NCBI RefSeq assembly: GCF_009914755.1
Contig: NC_060938.1
DNA from: the human T2T-CHM13v2.0 reference genome, Homo sapiens
Length of the DNA stretch: 64,000 bases
Strand: one strand, 5' to 3'
A program made the position numbers and the translations under genes. The notes below the pieces were generated by a model. That model saw nothing but the letters and a program-made list of their open reading frames with translations. It did no database searches and was not told where the DNA came from. Shown here one piece after another: positions 29,576-41,629 of this stretch. Within the stretch, counting starts at the first letter, position 1. Each line of letters opens with the position of its first letter.

Positions 29576-30986
29576 TGTGTCTGGAATTGGTTGGTTCTTG
29601 GTCTGACTTCAAGAGTGAAGCCACCACCCTTGCGGTGAGTGTTACAGTTCTTAAAGACGGCGTGTCCAGAGTTTGTTCCTTCTGAAGTTCGGATGTGTTC
29701 GGAGTTTCTTCCTTCTGGTGGGTTCGTGGTCTCCCCGGCTCAGGAGTGAAGCTGCACACCTTCCCAGTGTGTGTTACAACTCTTAAGACGGCGCGTCTGG
29801 AGTTGTTCCTTTCTCCCGGTGGGTTTGTGGTCTCGGTGGCTTCAGGAGTGAAACTGCAGACCTTCGCAGTGAGTGTTCCAGCTCATAAAGGCAGTGTGGA
29901 CCCAAAGAATGAGCAGCAGCAAGATTTACTGCAGAGTGAGAGAACAACGCTCCCACAATGCAGAAGGAGACCCCAACGGTTGCCACTGCTAGGTCAGGCA
30001 GCCTGCTTTTATTCTCTTATCTGGCCTCATCCACATCCTGCTGATTGGTCCATTTTACAGAGAGCCGATTGGTCTGTTTTACAGAGAGCTGATTGGTCCG
30101 TTTTGACAGGGTGCTGATTGGTGCATTTACAATCCCTGAGCTAGACACAAAAGTTCTCCACGTCCCCACTAGATTAGCTAGATACAGAGTGCTGACTGGT
30201 GTATTTACAAACCCTCAGCTAGACACAAAGTGCTGATTGGTGCATTTACAAACCTTGAGCTAGATACAGAGTGCCAATTGGTGTATTCACAATCCCTTAA
30301 CTAGACATAAAGATTCTCAAGTCCCCACTTGACTCAGGAGCCCAGCTGGCTTCACCTGGTGGATCTCCCACTGGGGCCCCAGGTGGAGGTGCTTACCAGT
30401 CCCGCGCCGTGCGCCCGCACTCCTCAGCCCTTGGGCGGTTGATGGGACCAGGCGCCTTGGAGCAGGAGGCGGCGTTCGTCCGGGAGACTCAGGCCGCGCA
30501 GGAGCCCACGGCGTCGTCGGGACGGGGAGACTCAGGCATGGCAGGCTACAGGTCCCAAGCCCTGCCCCGCGGGGGAGCAGCTAAGGCCCAGCGAGAAATC
30601 GAGCGCAGCGCCGGTGGGCCAGCATTGCTGGGGGAACCGGCGCACCCTCCACAGCTGCTGGCCAGGATGCTAAGCCCCTCACTACCAGGGGCCGGCAGGG
30701 CCGGCTGGCCGCTCCGAGTGCGCGGCCCGCCAAGCCCACGCCCACCCGGAACTCTAGCTGGCCCGCAAGCGCAGCACGCAGCCCCGGTTCCCGCCCGTGC
30801 CTCTCCCTCCACACCTCCCTGCAGGCTGAGGGAGCCGGCTCCGGTCTCGGCCATCCCAGGAAGGGGCTCCCACAGTGCAGCGGCGGGCTGAAGGGCTCCT
30901 CAAGCGTGGCCAGAGTGGGCGCCAAGGCCGAGGAGGCGCCAAGAGGGAGCGAGGGCTGTGAGGACTGACAGCACGCTGTCACCTCG
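29576..30986 (-). mobile_element. Solo LTR12 (LTR12C/D-type, HERV9)
   Basis: Ends match LTR12 (GAGGTGACAGCGTGCTG... / ...CCAATTCCAGACACA); GC/CpG-rich U3; repeated CTGATTGG units; 4-bp TSD TCTC at 29572-29575 and 30987-30990. Confidence 0.95.
29975..30300 (-). promoter_or_regulatory. LTR12 core promoter: CCAAT (NF-Y) array and AATAAA TATA-like box
   Basis: ATTGG repeats at about 30044, 30068, 30092, 30117, 30236 and 30277; TTTTATT at 30007-30013; LTR12 promoter activity is established. Confidence 0.7.
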
Positions 30987-31254
30987 TCTCTACTTAGGTG
31001 AATGATGCCTTTGGCCTGCTTATGTCTTCCATAGCCACAATGGTGAGTACTTGTTTTCTACTCAGCTAATAAGAAAATAAGTTTTGGCGGTTTTCCGAGA
31101 GCAAAAGTATTTATTGCTTGCCCAAGATAAATCGACCTCTAAAGAGACAGAAACTATTTTAAAACAGTTTTAAAAACAACATTTTTCCGTTTACACAGAA
31201 AGTTTTAGTGTCAATTTCACCCCCTCCCCAAATACTATACCCTTTATAAATTAT

Positions 31255-31316
31255 GGGTGTTTGTTTTTGTTTTTGTTTTTTGTTGTTGGTGGTGGTTGGT
31301 TGGTTGGTTTGTTTTG
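31255..31316. repeat. (GTTTT)n/(GGTT)n simple repeat
   Basis: Seen directly. Confidence 0.8.
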
Positions 31317-31369
31317 TGCCTCTTACTCTTAAAGTATGGTCATTTAGGAAGTCTATGTAATTTTGTGTC

Positions 31370-31500
31370 CCCTGATTGCTCCCTCTTAGAAAATTGAAAT
31401 TCTTCAAGGTGGAAGAAACAACATATCTATATTTGTAATCCAAGTATCTAGAGATAACCTGGCTTATAGTAGGTGATCAGTAAAAGTTTGTTGAATAGAA
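31370..31500 (+). mobile_element. L2 3' end
   Basis: CCTGGCTTATAGTAGGTGATCAGTAAAAGTTTGTTGAAT. Confidence 0.65.
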
Positions 31501-32789
31501 CCAAAAAAAGAGGAATATAGATGATACTGATATTAAAAATAAAATAAAAATGACATCCACTGAGTGTTAGGATATCACCGAGGGAAACCCCAGAAGATTA
31601 TTTAGTATTGATTGACAAAAATTAACATTTCTAAATGATGCTTTGAATTAAGGATTCTTGGTCTATTCATGACAAGTCTTCCAATGTGAATTTATATCTC
31701 AAAATATTACATAACCTGTAAAGCTGAATCCATGAATGTGAAGTCCAGCTAAATTTGAGACTGATTCTAAATACAGTGGTAGAGTATGCAGTTTGCTATT
31801 GTTGTCTTCTGTCTTTCATAACAAAATAATTTATTTTCTTCCTATATTGGTCAGGAATATCCTGTCAAGAAGGGAGGTTATCTAATTGTTGAAATATCAA
31901 CATTTTAAAAGAAGACTCCAGAAAAGAGGGTAATGCTAAACATAAAGTCATGTTATGATAATGAAGGTACTTCAGGTGCATTATGGAGCACATGTTGAGA
32001 AGGGGTTTTTGGCAAATAATGTCCCTCAATTATAAGACGTGGGCATCACTTGATCACATCAAATGAGTCTATAGTTTAAGCCAGTCATAATTATTATACC
32101 TTGTAGCACATGCAAAGATTTATCTCAGCGCTTTTATAGTTTAACCCTATGTATATTAAAGGGCTAGAAACTCAATGTCATCTTTCCGAATAAACTTCCT
32201 CATGCGTCATATTTTTCATTGAAATCCTTTGTTTGTATTAATATTCTTAAAACCTATGATGTAGCTTTATAAATGAACAAAAATATTGAAGATTTATTTT
32301 TAATATTTTAAAAGATACAGATATGAAAAGTTCTTTTAAATCAGGAGATGAGAACTCTTGTGGTATATTCAAATCTCAGTTTTCATGGCAGTGATAATCA
32401 ATGACATATCTCTATTTATCCCAACAATGAATATAAATAATAATAACAGAATCAATAACTAGTTTCCAGTGGTTTTAACAGAATCCATTTATTTCAAGCT
32501 TTAGCACTGATTTTTTTAAGTCCTAAAGGAAATTAATTGCGTTAGTTTTCATTTTAATTGATTTTTAAAGTTCTCTTTCATAAAGGAGCAGTTTGCTTCT
32601 CATTTTTCCATAAAGATTCCTCTAAATGGCATTTTTTCCTGCTGTTTTTTATATGGCTGTAGAGGTAATTTCTCCATATCACATTTAACTTGAACTGCCT
32701 CAGTCAAAAATGGGTTAAGCCCTAATTCCTACAGAAGAAAAGAACAGCATAAAGTACCACGGAGCACAAACATTTTAAGGCACAGCAAA

Positions 32790-32950
32790 CTAGACAGAAA
32801 CCTCACTGCTGAAACTGGCTAGATGCATGTGATTGGACAAGTTCCTTCACTTCTTCAATTTTCTTCTTAATGTGTTAAGTTATGTACAACATCTTCTTCC
32901 TAGAGCTGTTCTGAAGATTAAATAACACCTATGTAAGTACTTAATGCAAA
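32790..32950 (+). mobile_element. MIR fragment
   Basis: TGTGATTGGACAAGTTCCTTCACTTC...AGAGCTGTTCTGAAGATTAAATAA. Confidence 0.55.
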
Positions 32951-35039
32951 TAAATGCAGAAGAAAGATTAGTTTCCACTATTTCCTATCCAGTTATTTTT
33001 TGTGACAGCTACTGTGTCCAGGTCTTATGAAAATATTCTATTAAATGCCTCATTAAAATGAACTTTTGCAGTAAGATAAATAATTTATTTACCATTATGA
33101 AGAAAGAGAGTAATTAGACAAATCTTGAAAATGTCTTCAGAGAACTGAAATGTGTATTCCACATTTTGTTATACTTGTTCACCAATAAAACATGGCAAGT
33201 GATGAGGAAAAAAAAGTTAAGAACAGGGACAGGAAGCTAAACTACAGCAGTATCCTGGGCCCTATATAATGCGTTAGCAGCAATAAAGAAAAGAGCAGAA
33301 AATGAATGTAATTTGCTGCCTCTCTGTAAATAAGTTTTCATATGTAGTGCTAGCCAGGTAAGCTAATGAAAGAAAGAAATTTTAATTACAAGAAAATTAT
33401 GTCTGTAATACCTTAGACAGAGTGTCTTAAACATGGCCTTATATAAATATACTTTGTATATCAGTTAATTGCTTAAACATTGAGATTCATTTTACTACTT
33501 TTTAGGATAAAGTTTGCCTATCTGCTGCATGAAGTTAGCCAGGGAAAAGTAAGTGTAAACTGAGTGTTTAAAAGGCGGGCAGACATAAAAGAATGTATTA
33601 ACAAGCTCTGCTGAGGTAATGTTTCAGAAATAATTTAGGCTGTGTGAACTGAATGGAATACTATTAGAAATAAGCAAAAGGGTTCGTCAACATTTGAAGC
33701 TTGAAGGAATTTCCCTCTTTTACTGAGTTTTGATATATACACATCATGTCTTTTAGTGAGATCACACCACGTAGACAAAGCATACGGGCATCCCTCCTTC
33801 CTTCCAAGTATTTAAAATAATAAATAGCTTCATCAGGTCCAAACACAGCTGGTTATTTTCTAATAATATTTGCAAAATCCAACATCAGGCAGTGTTCATG
33901 TGCATGCTTTCCCAAATATAAACACAGCATCAATAAAGCATAGTTTCATTTATTTGATGGAACAAGGAGCTGGAAGGATAAAGGCAGATATTTCAATCAT
34001 CTTGTCATTGGCTTGCTCTGTAACTGTCTGTCAGTCAATAGGCATTTGCTGTTTTCTGTTGCTAAAATGGTCAATGGAAATGCAGTTATCTGTACTCCTC
34101 TTTGACTCATTTATTATCAGGCAAATTGAAATATAGCACTTATTAAACAAGTTTTGCCAAGTACTCACACACAGAGAACACCACCAGAAACTGAGTGGGA
34201 GAAGGCTTGAAATGTTATCCAAAACAGTTTTCTGAGAGACTATAAGATATCACATGGCAGAAAATTATAGGAAATAATTTTGCTTTGTAAATCATGAAAT
34301 ATGGCATTAATTTGCCATTCTCACATATCATGCTATTCCCATATTCTAAATCCAGTCTTTAATTTGTTCATGCTGCCATGAAAAGACTTGAATTAAAGAA
34401 TCCCAAGGTTGGAAGCAACCTATAAGAAAGTCTCTCAAAATATCTACGTGATGCTCATATCATCTCTAGAATATCCCTGCCAAGCAGTCACCTGATACAA
34501 TCCTGAACACACACTCCCTATGGAGGCCACTGATTTTACCTGGGAACAACTTCGATGGTGAGAATGAATTTCTCTATATTAATTCCAAATCTAACCACCT
34601 CCAACATCAACCCTAATTGTGTTTTGTGAGGGGATAATAAGCAAGCTTAATCATTTTTTCCACATTCAGGAGGCAATTTAACAAATAATAATTATATGCG
34701 TGATACAAACCAGATTCTGTTTTAGATACAGGAAATACAATAATGAATAAAAGAAGGTCCCTAATCACATGGAGTTAGCTGTCTTGCTATGCAATGGCTA
34801 GGAAAATGATACACATATAGGCAAGTACAGTATGATAATAAGCTCCAGGGTAAGTGTTTGCGCAGAATGTAATAGAATTGCCCAAGAGGTAGTTGGGATC
34901 AGAGGTGATGCCTAAGTGAAGAATAGAAGAATGATTTATCCTTTTCTGCCAGGAAACAATCACACTTTCATTTATAACAATTTTATCAGGTATAAAAAAC
35001 AAATAATCATGGCTAAGCCAAATTGGGTGACTACGGGAG

Positions 35040-35120
35040 TCTATTATTACTTCCCTCTTCCAAATGAAGGAACTGAGATTTGGAGAGGTCTAGTTATTTG
35101 CACAAGGTCACTTAGTGGGC
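35040..35120 (-). mobile_element. MIR fragment
   Basis: CAAATGAAGGAACTGAGATTTGGAGAGG...TTGCACAAGGTCAC. Confidence 0.7.
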
Positions 35121-35479
35121 AAGCTTTTCTGCGCATGGCTTCCTTTTGAGTCCTAAGAGCTGCCTGAGCATCCCACCAGGATGGTGCTGTGAATATAAAC
35201 TCCACAGCAAAGACAATTGATGAGCGAGTTTCCTTCTTTGCCAACCGTTTCCTCTTTAGAAAACAATAGATCACTACTAGAATTGCAAGATAAAATTTTC
35301 AGTTCACAAACCAAATCCTGACAATGTGGAACATTTCACAAGTTAATGGAACAAGGTCTGGTGTCTCTCTGGATTCTACTCTGTGCTCAAGTTCCTAAGT
35401 GGCTCCTGCTTTAGGCAAGGTCCCCATGGCCCGACCCCTGCCTTCTTCTAAAAATGCTTCACCTCTAAACACACTTTCA

Positions 35480-36230
35480 CAACCTTATTGGACTGCAGTT
35501 CACTGGCTTTGTCTCTACTCCCCAAACACTTCCAAAGACCTTCCCACTCCGGACCTTTGCACTTGCTCTACCCTCTTCCTGAAAAAGTTATTTCTTCATA
35601 TTTTTCCAATAGCCTTTTAGTTCCTTAGGTCTCAGATCAAATGAAGGAAGCCAGCTTTACCACCTTAGAATTCAATTGTTCTTCAAACTCATGACTGAAA
35701 GTTCTCTACATCCTATTAGCCTACGGTATTTTCTTCAGCATACTTACCATTTTAACCTATAGTGCATATTTATTTGCTAAATAATTATCTCTAATATTGT
35801 CTGAAATGAAAGTACCAGGAGGTCGGCCAGACGCGGTGGCTTACGCTTGTAATCCCAGCACTTTGGGAGGCCGAGGTGGGTGGATCACCTGAGGTCGGGA
35901 GTTCAAGACCAGCCTGACCAACATGGAGAAACCCTGTCTCTACTGAAAATACAAATTAGCCTAGCATGGTGGCATATGCCTGTAATCTCCGCTACTCTGG
36001 ACGCTGAGGCAGGAGAATCACTTGAACCCAGGAGTCAGAGGTTGCGGTGAGCCCAGATCGTGCCATTGCACTCCAGCCCAGGCAACAAGAGTGAAACTCT
36101 ATCTCAAAAAATAATAATAATAATAATAAAAAGTACCAGGAGATCAAGAGCTCTGGGTGGTTTAGTTGCTGCATGTTCCTAGCAACTAGAAGAATGCTTG
36201 TCATATAGTGAGACTACAAGAGATAAAAGA
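35480..36230 (+). mobile_element. L2 3' region interrupted by an AluSp
   Basis: GGACCTTTGCACTTGCT...CTCAGATCAAATG; L2-like tail resumes after the Alu. Confidence 0.6.
35825..36129 (+). mobile_element. AluSp with (AAT)n tail
   Basis: GTCGGGAGTTC and CTGACCAACATGGAGAAACC; TSD AAAGTACCAGGAG(G/A)TC at 35809-35824 and 36130-36145. Confidence 0.93.
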
Positions 36231-36329
36231 AGGATGCGTTCAGTTTTCTAATGGATATTTAGTAATGTGGTGGACCCAAATATAATTTTTTTAAAAAAGA
36301 AAACTAGCCAATACCAAAATAATGCTATG

Positions 36330-36490
36330 GAGATAAATCTCATTTTTCCCATCTTAAAATGAAAAAAACTGAGGCTGAGAGGTTAAAAAAAATGTGGTCA
36401 GAAAAGCAGCCAGCCAGCCTAGTAGATGTGTGAGATGGAATTCAGATCAAATTCTCTCTAACGCCAAAGCATTTGCTCTTGCTCCTATAT
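36330..36490 (-). mobile_element. MIR fragment
   Basis: CCCATCTTAAAATGAAAAAAACTGAGGCTGAGAGGTTAA. Confidence 0.7.
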
Positions 36491-37569
36491 TTCGGCAAAT
36501 ATGGCTAGTGCTAAAATAGAAGCGTGTGCAAAGAAGAGAAATCATAGAAGATAGGCAACAGCTGACTGCCTGGGAGTGTCAAGGAAGGTTCTCAGAAGTG
36601 ACTTTTTCCACTGGATTTTGAAATTTGTAGAGGAGAATTTGACGGGTGGGGAAGAGTGTCAGGGAGGCATTCTCGACAGAAAGGAAGCCATGCGCACAAA
36701 AGCTCTGGTGGACAAATAAACAAAGGTCCATTTAACACCTGTCTCCTTGAAAATAGATTCTGCCATGGTAGCATGGGTTTTTACAAATTGCTTGTAAGAA
36801 TATCTACAAAGCAAGATTTAGCCACTAAAATTCAAACCAAGATGTTGATTGCTATCACCCAGCCCACGGAAAGTGTAACAAATTGGCACCTGGTTCTGTC
36901 TACCAAGTACAGACAGACAAATTGAACACTGTGTAGACATCAAATCCTCACTAGAATGAAGAGATGGCATGGCTGAGCACCAGAGGTCATGGGCTTGCCC
37001 TGTTAATATGTTAGATTCTTTTAAAGGATGCAGATTACAGTCTGTCACTTTCATATTCTAGTTTATTTGAAACTCACCGTCAGATCTACAAAGTTAACTG
37101 CCCATTTGACAGAAGCATGAAGTCTCAGAGAATATGAGTATTGATTGTCACGCTTCACGACATGAATCAAAGTTAGAAATTTCTTCTGAGAACCGTATAA
37201 ATATTTGTATCCTAAGGTCATTGGGAATTTGTTCCTGAGATGTATTTAAGATATAATTCAAGGAATTGTCAAAAATATGTCATTACTGACATAAATATTA
37301 TAAAGAGTGGAGTTACTGAGGGTTCTTGTCTGTGTATTAGCATTAAAACTTCACTCTGCAGAAAAGTCTATTGCCTGCAAGGAGGCAATTTACCGACAGC
37401 TTTCTGGTGGTATGAATGGGTGAATGCATCTCAAAACCAAAGTGTGTTTTACTTTCCTGCCAAAATCATTGTCCCTAAACATTTTTCCTACACTGGGCTT
37501 GGAGCAAGTCAGTTTTATTTAAATAACTTCATTACAAATGATCTCTACCACCTAGAAATAGGTGTTTTG

Positions 37570-37570
<1 letters not shown>

Positions 37571-37602
<32 letters not shown>
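37571..37602. repeat. (TG)16 microsatellite
   Basis: Seen directly. Confidence 0.95.
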
Positions 37603-37604
<2 letters not shown>

Positions 37605-38678
37605 CAAATAATATTTCATTTTGTTTTCTTTTTATAATTAGAACAAAATAGTAAGTCCCAGTTAAAATAAATCAAACAGTATGAAATTCTGATAAATTCT
37701 TGTAGTGTTTCTTTTTTAGAGATGTCCTCTTGAATTGCTTGCATTTTAAACATCTGTAATAAGTTATGTACCATTTCTAACTGTATTAGCACTGAATCAT
37801 TTACTTTTCCAAGAAATAAAATCTTTTTCTCTGTTTCATCACTTTTTATGTCATGATCATGCACATGTAAATGTCTTAGGTATTTTTTTACCCTGAGGGG
37901 CTTTGCATACTTACAAGGAATGAAAATGGGAGGAGAGTTAACTAACCCATCAAACATCTTTCTTGTCAGCAGCCAGTAGAAATGCATTTGGAGGCTAAAA
38001 AACTGGTGTGGTTTGAACAAGGGGAGTTGTTAAATGTACCTTTAGAACTCTATGTAGGATATAAAATTCTGGAGATATAGCTCTGCTTCTACTTCATCTC
38101 AGCCAGCTTTAATTTCTACACAAAGGGAATATTAAATCTTGAAAAGACCTAAAAAAGGACAAAGAATATGTCTTTGAGAGCACATTAAATATACCAGGCT
38201 TCCACTTTGTCATAAAACTTGCATGAACAGATAGAAGACAAGGCAGAGAATGAGGGTCATTGCTTTTTCCAAGCCAAATCCACCAGTTCTTTGCTCAACA
38301 AGTCATTACAGATTCTATTAAAATGTGAGTTAAAGAATTAAATGAATTATAGTGCTGAATATTCACTGGCAGCAGGATTTTGTTATGCTTTTTAAAATAT
38401 CCCTACAAACCAATAATTTTAGAGGGAGAAGGTAAAGAAATGAGTTAATTAACAACAGCTCTGTCAATACTTTCAGAATACAGTTGCAGAAACTCTCACT
38501 CTTTATGGAAAATAGAAGGGAATATGTACAAGAAACAATTACTGTATGCAGATAAGGCAGGTAAGTGTTAAACTATACAAAATAATCTCCTGGTTAAATA
38601 TTCAAAGAAGTGATATTTGTAGAATTAAATTTGTCATTTGAACTACTCTTCCACAAGTCTATAGTAGCAAGAATTTCT

Positions 38679-38997
38679 TTTCCTTTTTTTTCTTTTCTTT
38701 TTTTTTTTTTTTTTTTGAGACAGAGTCTCACTCTGTCACCCAGGCTGTAGCGCAGTGGCACGATCTTGGCCACTGCAACCTCTGCTTCCTGGATTCAAGC
38801 AATTGTCCTGCCTCAGCCTCACAAGTAACTGGGATTGCAGGTGCACACCACTATGCCCAGCTACTTTTTGTATTTTTAGTAGAGACAGGGTTTCACCATG
38901 TTGGCCAGGCTGGTCTTGAACTCCTGACCTCAGGTGATCTGCCCACCTTGGCCTCCCAAAGTGCTGGGATTACAGGTGTGAGCCACTGTGCCCGGAC
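38679..38997 (-). mobile_element. AluS (Sx-like)
   Basis: Long T-tract followed by a full Alu dimer; flanks CAAGAATTTCTT / CAAGAGGATTTCTT. Confidence 0.92.
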
Positions 38998-39281
38998 AAG
39001 AGGATTTCTTAAATCTACTCTGGAGGTAATTTATAGTCGAATATAGATATATAATAAATAAATCCAACTGCTGCTGGGTCCCATTACTTTAATTTGGGTG
39101 TTGAAGAAAGAGAACCATTTCAGATTTGATGAATAAATAAATTAAGGTCTGTGTACAGCTGTACAGTTGAAGTACATCTCTTTGTTATTAATAATATTAA
39201 GCCATCAACATGATTATTCTATGGTCTTCCCAAAAATCTGAGTTTAAACACTTCCTTAATATAAAAATAAACCTCAGAATC

Positions 39282-39449
39282 AAGGTATAAGTTGATCCTC
39301 AACCCCACAAGTGTGTGAAAATACTTAATTTATTATTTTGTTCAGTGAGTAATATTGGTATCCAATATTAAAGTATAAGTTTATCCTCAACCCACAAGAA
39401 TGTGAACATGTTTGATTTCTTATTTGTTCAGTGAGGAAGATTGGGCTCC
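39282..39449. repeat. Diverged tandem duplication, period ~88 bp
   Basis: GTATAAGTT.ATCCTCAACCC.ACAAG...TTTGTTCAGTGAG.AA.ATTGG at 39285 and 39373. Confidence 0.85.
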
Positions 39450-40208
39450 TTTGGGCTTCTAATATAAATCAAGTGAGAGTCCCACTGCCTCTAAGAGGAG
39501 AGTGGGGGTAAACGGTGAATTGCCTTCAAAGGTTTGAATGTCTTCAGCAGCTCCTGTAAGAATGACTCACAACCATACTTGGCACTATAGAAATTGATCT
39601 TGATATTTTCGCCATGAGAAATCTACTTTCTTTCCAGAATAGATGGTGTCTTTGACATTTCATCAAGGCAGCAGCATCTGAAAGGTACCTCTGTCACTGG
39701 ATTTCTTACTTCTTCAAATAGAACCTTACAAAAGCTGCCTACAAAGGCAGAGCTGTATATGTGCAATCTACTCATGCCCTTCCTCTTGTTTCTGATGATT
39801 CATGTAATAGAGAAACAAAGAAGGATCCTTTGCCCCCTTTCCCCTCAGTTATTTATGTAGGGCCACGTAAAATCTGCATTACACAAAGCAAAACTAGCTT
39901 ATTGAAAGCAAACAGGGCTGGAAGAATCCTACGGTTTTTTAAAAAATATATATAATAATAGAAGTATAATTTTCTTGTCATGGACTAATGCATTAAAAAG
40001 TGCCTAGTTATAAAATTAGGAAAGAGACAACTTTTTAATTTTGAAAGCCAATAAAATGAGGATTCCTTAAAAGCTTTTTGTTTTTATAAAAAATTACATT
40101 AGTAGTATTTTTGTTTGTTTCATCATTTCTTCTTTGCCAGCTCTATAAAATAACCTTTCAAAATAGCTGTGTGCCGCATGGTAACAGTCAAGAATGAAAA
40201 TTATTTAA

Positions 40209-40211
<3 letters not shown>

Positions 40212-40245
<34 letters not shown>
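40212..40245. repeat. (TG)17 microsatellite
   Basis: Seen directly. Confidence 0.95.
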
Positions 40246-40249
<4 letters not shown>

Positions 40250-40704
40250 GCATACAGGCACATAAAGTGATATTGGCATTCCTTATACTTAGGAAGCTTT
40301 TTATTCTAAAACTCTGAATGTAGAGGTTGGGAAGAAAATAGAAAGACGGTTTTCATTCCAGCAGAACTCAACAGACTGGACATTAAGAACTTCTCATGTG
40401 CAATTGAGGCCAGATCTGGAAAATTTAGTTTAGCTATACATACACAGCATTTTTATAAAGCAGTCACTCAAAAGCTGTAGTCTATCATATATCTTCATGT
40501 TTATTATCTCTGGGCCAGATTTTTGTTTGGCAGCAAATGGAATTTTGACTTGGCAGAAAACTTGTGGTTAGCAAATATTTGGCATTCTATAGAAGCCTCT
40601 TCAAATCAGCGAGAAAATAGAAAGCCAAAGAAGAGATTAGAAGTGGAGAGAGGCCTACCATTGTTTGACACTGGTTCTGAATTCATTTACATCATCAGTA
40701 TGCA

Positions 40705-40890
40705 TCCATTCCTCACTTGCTGAGTGACCATCGGCCTGTGAATTATCCAAGCCCAATCTCAGGATTTCCATCTGTAAAACATAATAGTATAATATTCACC
40801 TCACAGCCTTGATGTGGGGACTGGAGCTGGAATGTTTTGGAGTCACCTGTCAAAATGCAAAGCACAGTGTTTAGGATGAATGAATAGTAA
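40705..40890 (+). mobile_element. MIR fragment
   Basis: CACTTGCTGAGTGACC...TTTCCATCTGTAAAA...CACCTCACAG. Confidence 0.6.
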
Positions 40891-41434
40891 TTGGTATAGT
40901 TGTCACTGCCTGTTCTCTTCTTTCTTTATCATATCAGTATACATATTTTTTCTATCTTCATATGAAAAGTAAAAATATTTGCTTTAATTCTACTGGTCCC
41001 CTAGTCCATACGGTCACCGGTTTATCTGCTACCAGGAGAGAGTTATACTAGAAGGAAATAAGGAAGCCCCGATGTGATCACCTCCTATTCTCTCTTCGAC
41101 CCTGTTGCTACAGGGTATTTCTTCCATTTTTCTGTTACGTTGCCAAATTCCTTGTGTATTTCTGCATCCTCCTATTATGTGTCAGCATTCGATGTTATTA
41201 AACAATCCCTATTTTTTAAAACAGTCTTCCCTTGGCCTTCTGATGAATCTGTGTCTCAATTTTCCATCTATGTTGCAGATCTTTCTATCTAAGCTTTTTC
41301 ATAATGTTCTTTTTTCTTTTAAACACCTTACCTCTAAACGAACATGTGTTTCAATTTTAGTAATGACTGTTTGTCCATCGCTATGTTTGTATATCTATCC
41401 TGTGATGCCCATAAGAATGTGGTATCACACATTA

Positions 41435-41474
41435 TTATCTTGAGATCCCAATTCTTATCTTGAGATCCCAATTC
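41435..41474. repeat. Perfect 20-bp tandem duplication
   Basis: TTATCTTGAGATCCCAATTC x2. Confidence 0.95.
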
Positions 41475-41629
41475 TCCTCTGCATCTCAAGCCATACTTAT
41501 GTTCAAAATTAGGCTCTTCATTCAACACTTCATCTTTACCTTAACTCCTTGATTTCTGCTTTATTCTAAATGACTTTACCATCCACTTAGTTGTTCAAGC
41601 CAGAAAACTTACATATCAGTAAGATACAA

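Noticed and set aside
30035-30310. Regularly spaced repeats that superficially resemble an array such as CRISPR
   Set aside because: Known internal CCAAT-containing tandem units of LTR12 U3; no unique spacers, and the DNA is human
29497-30982. Overlapping GC-rich ORFs and a CpG-island-like stretch
   Set aside because: Almost entirely within LTR12; high GC explains the open frames, and it is not a cellular gene promoter island
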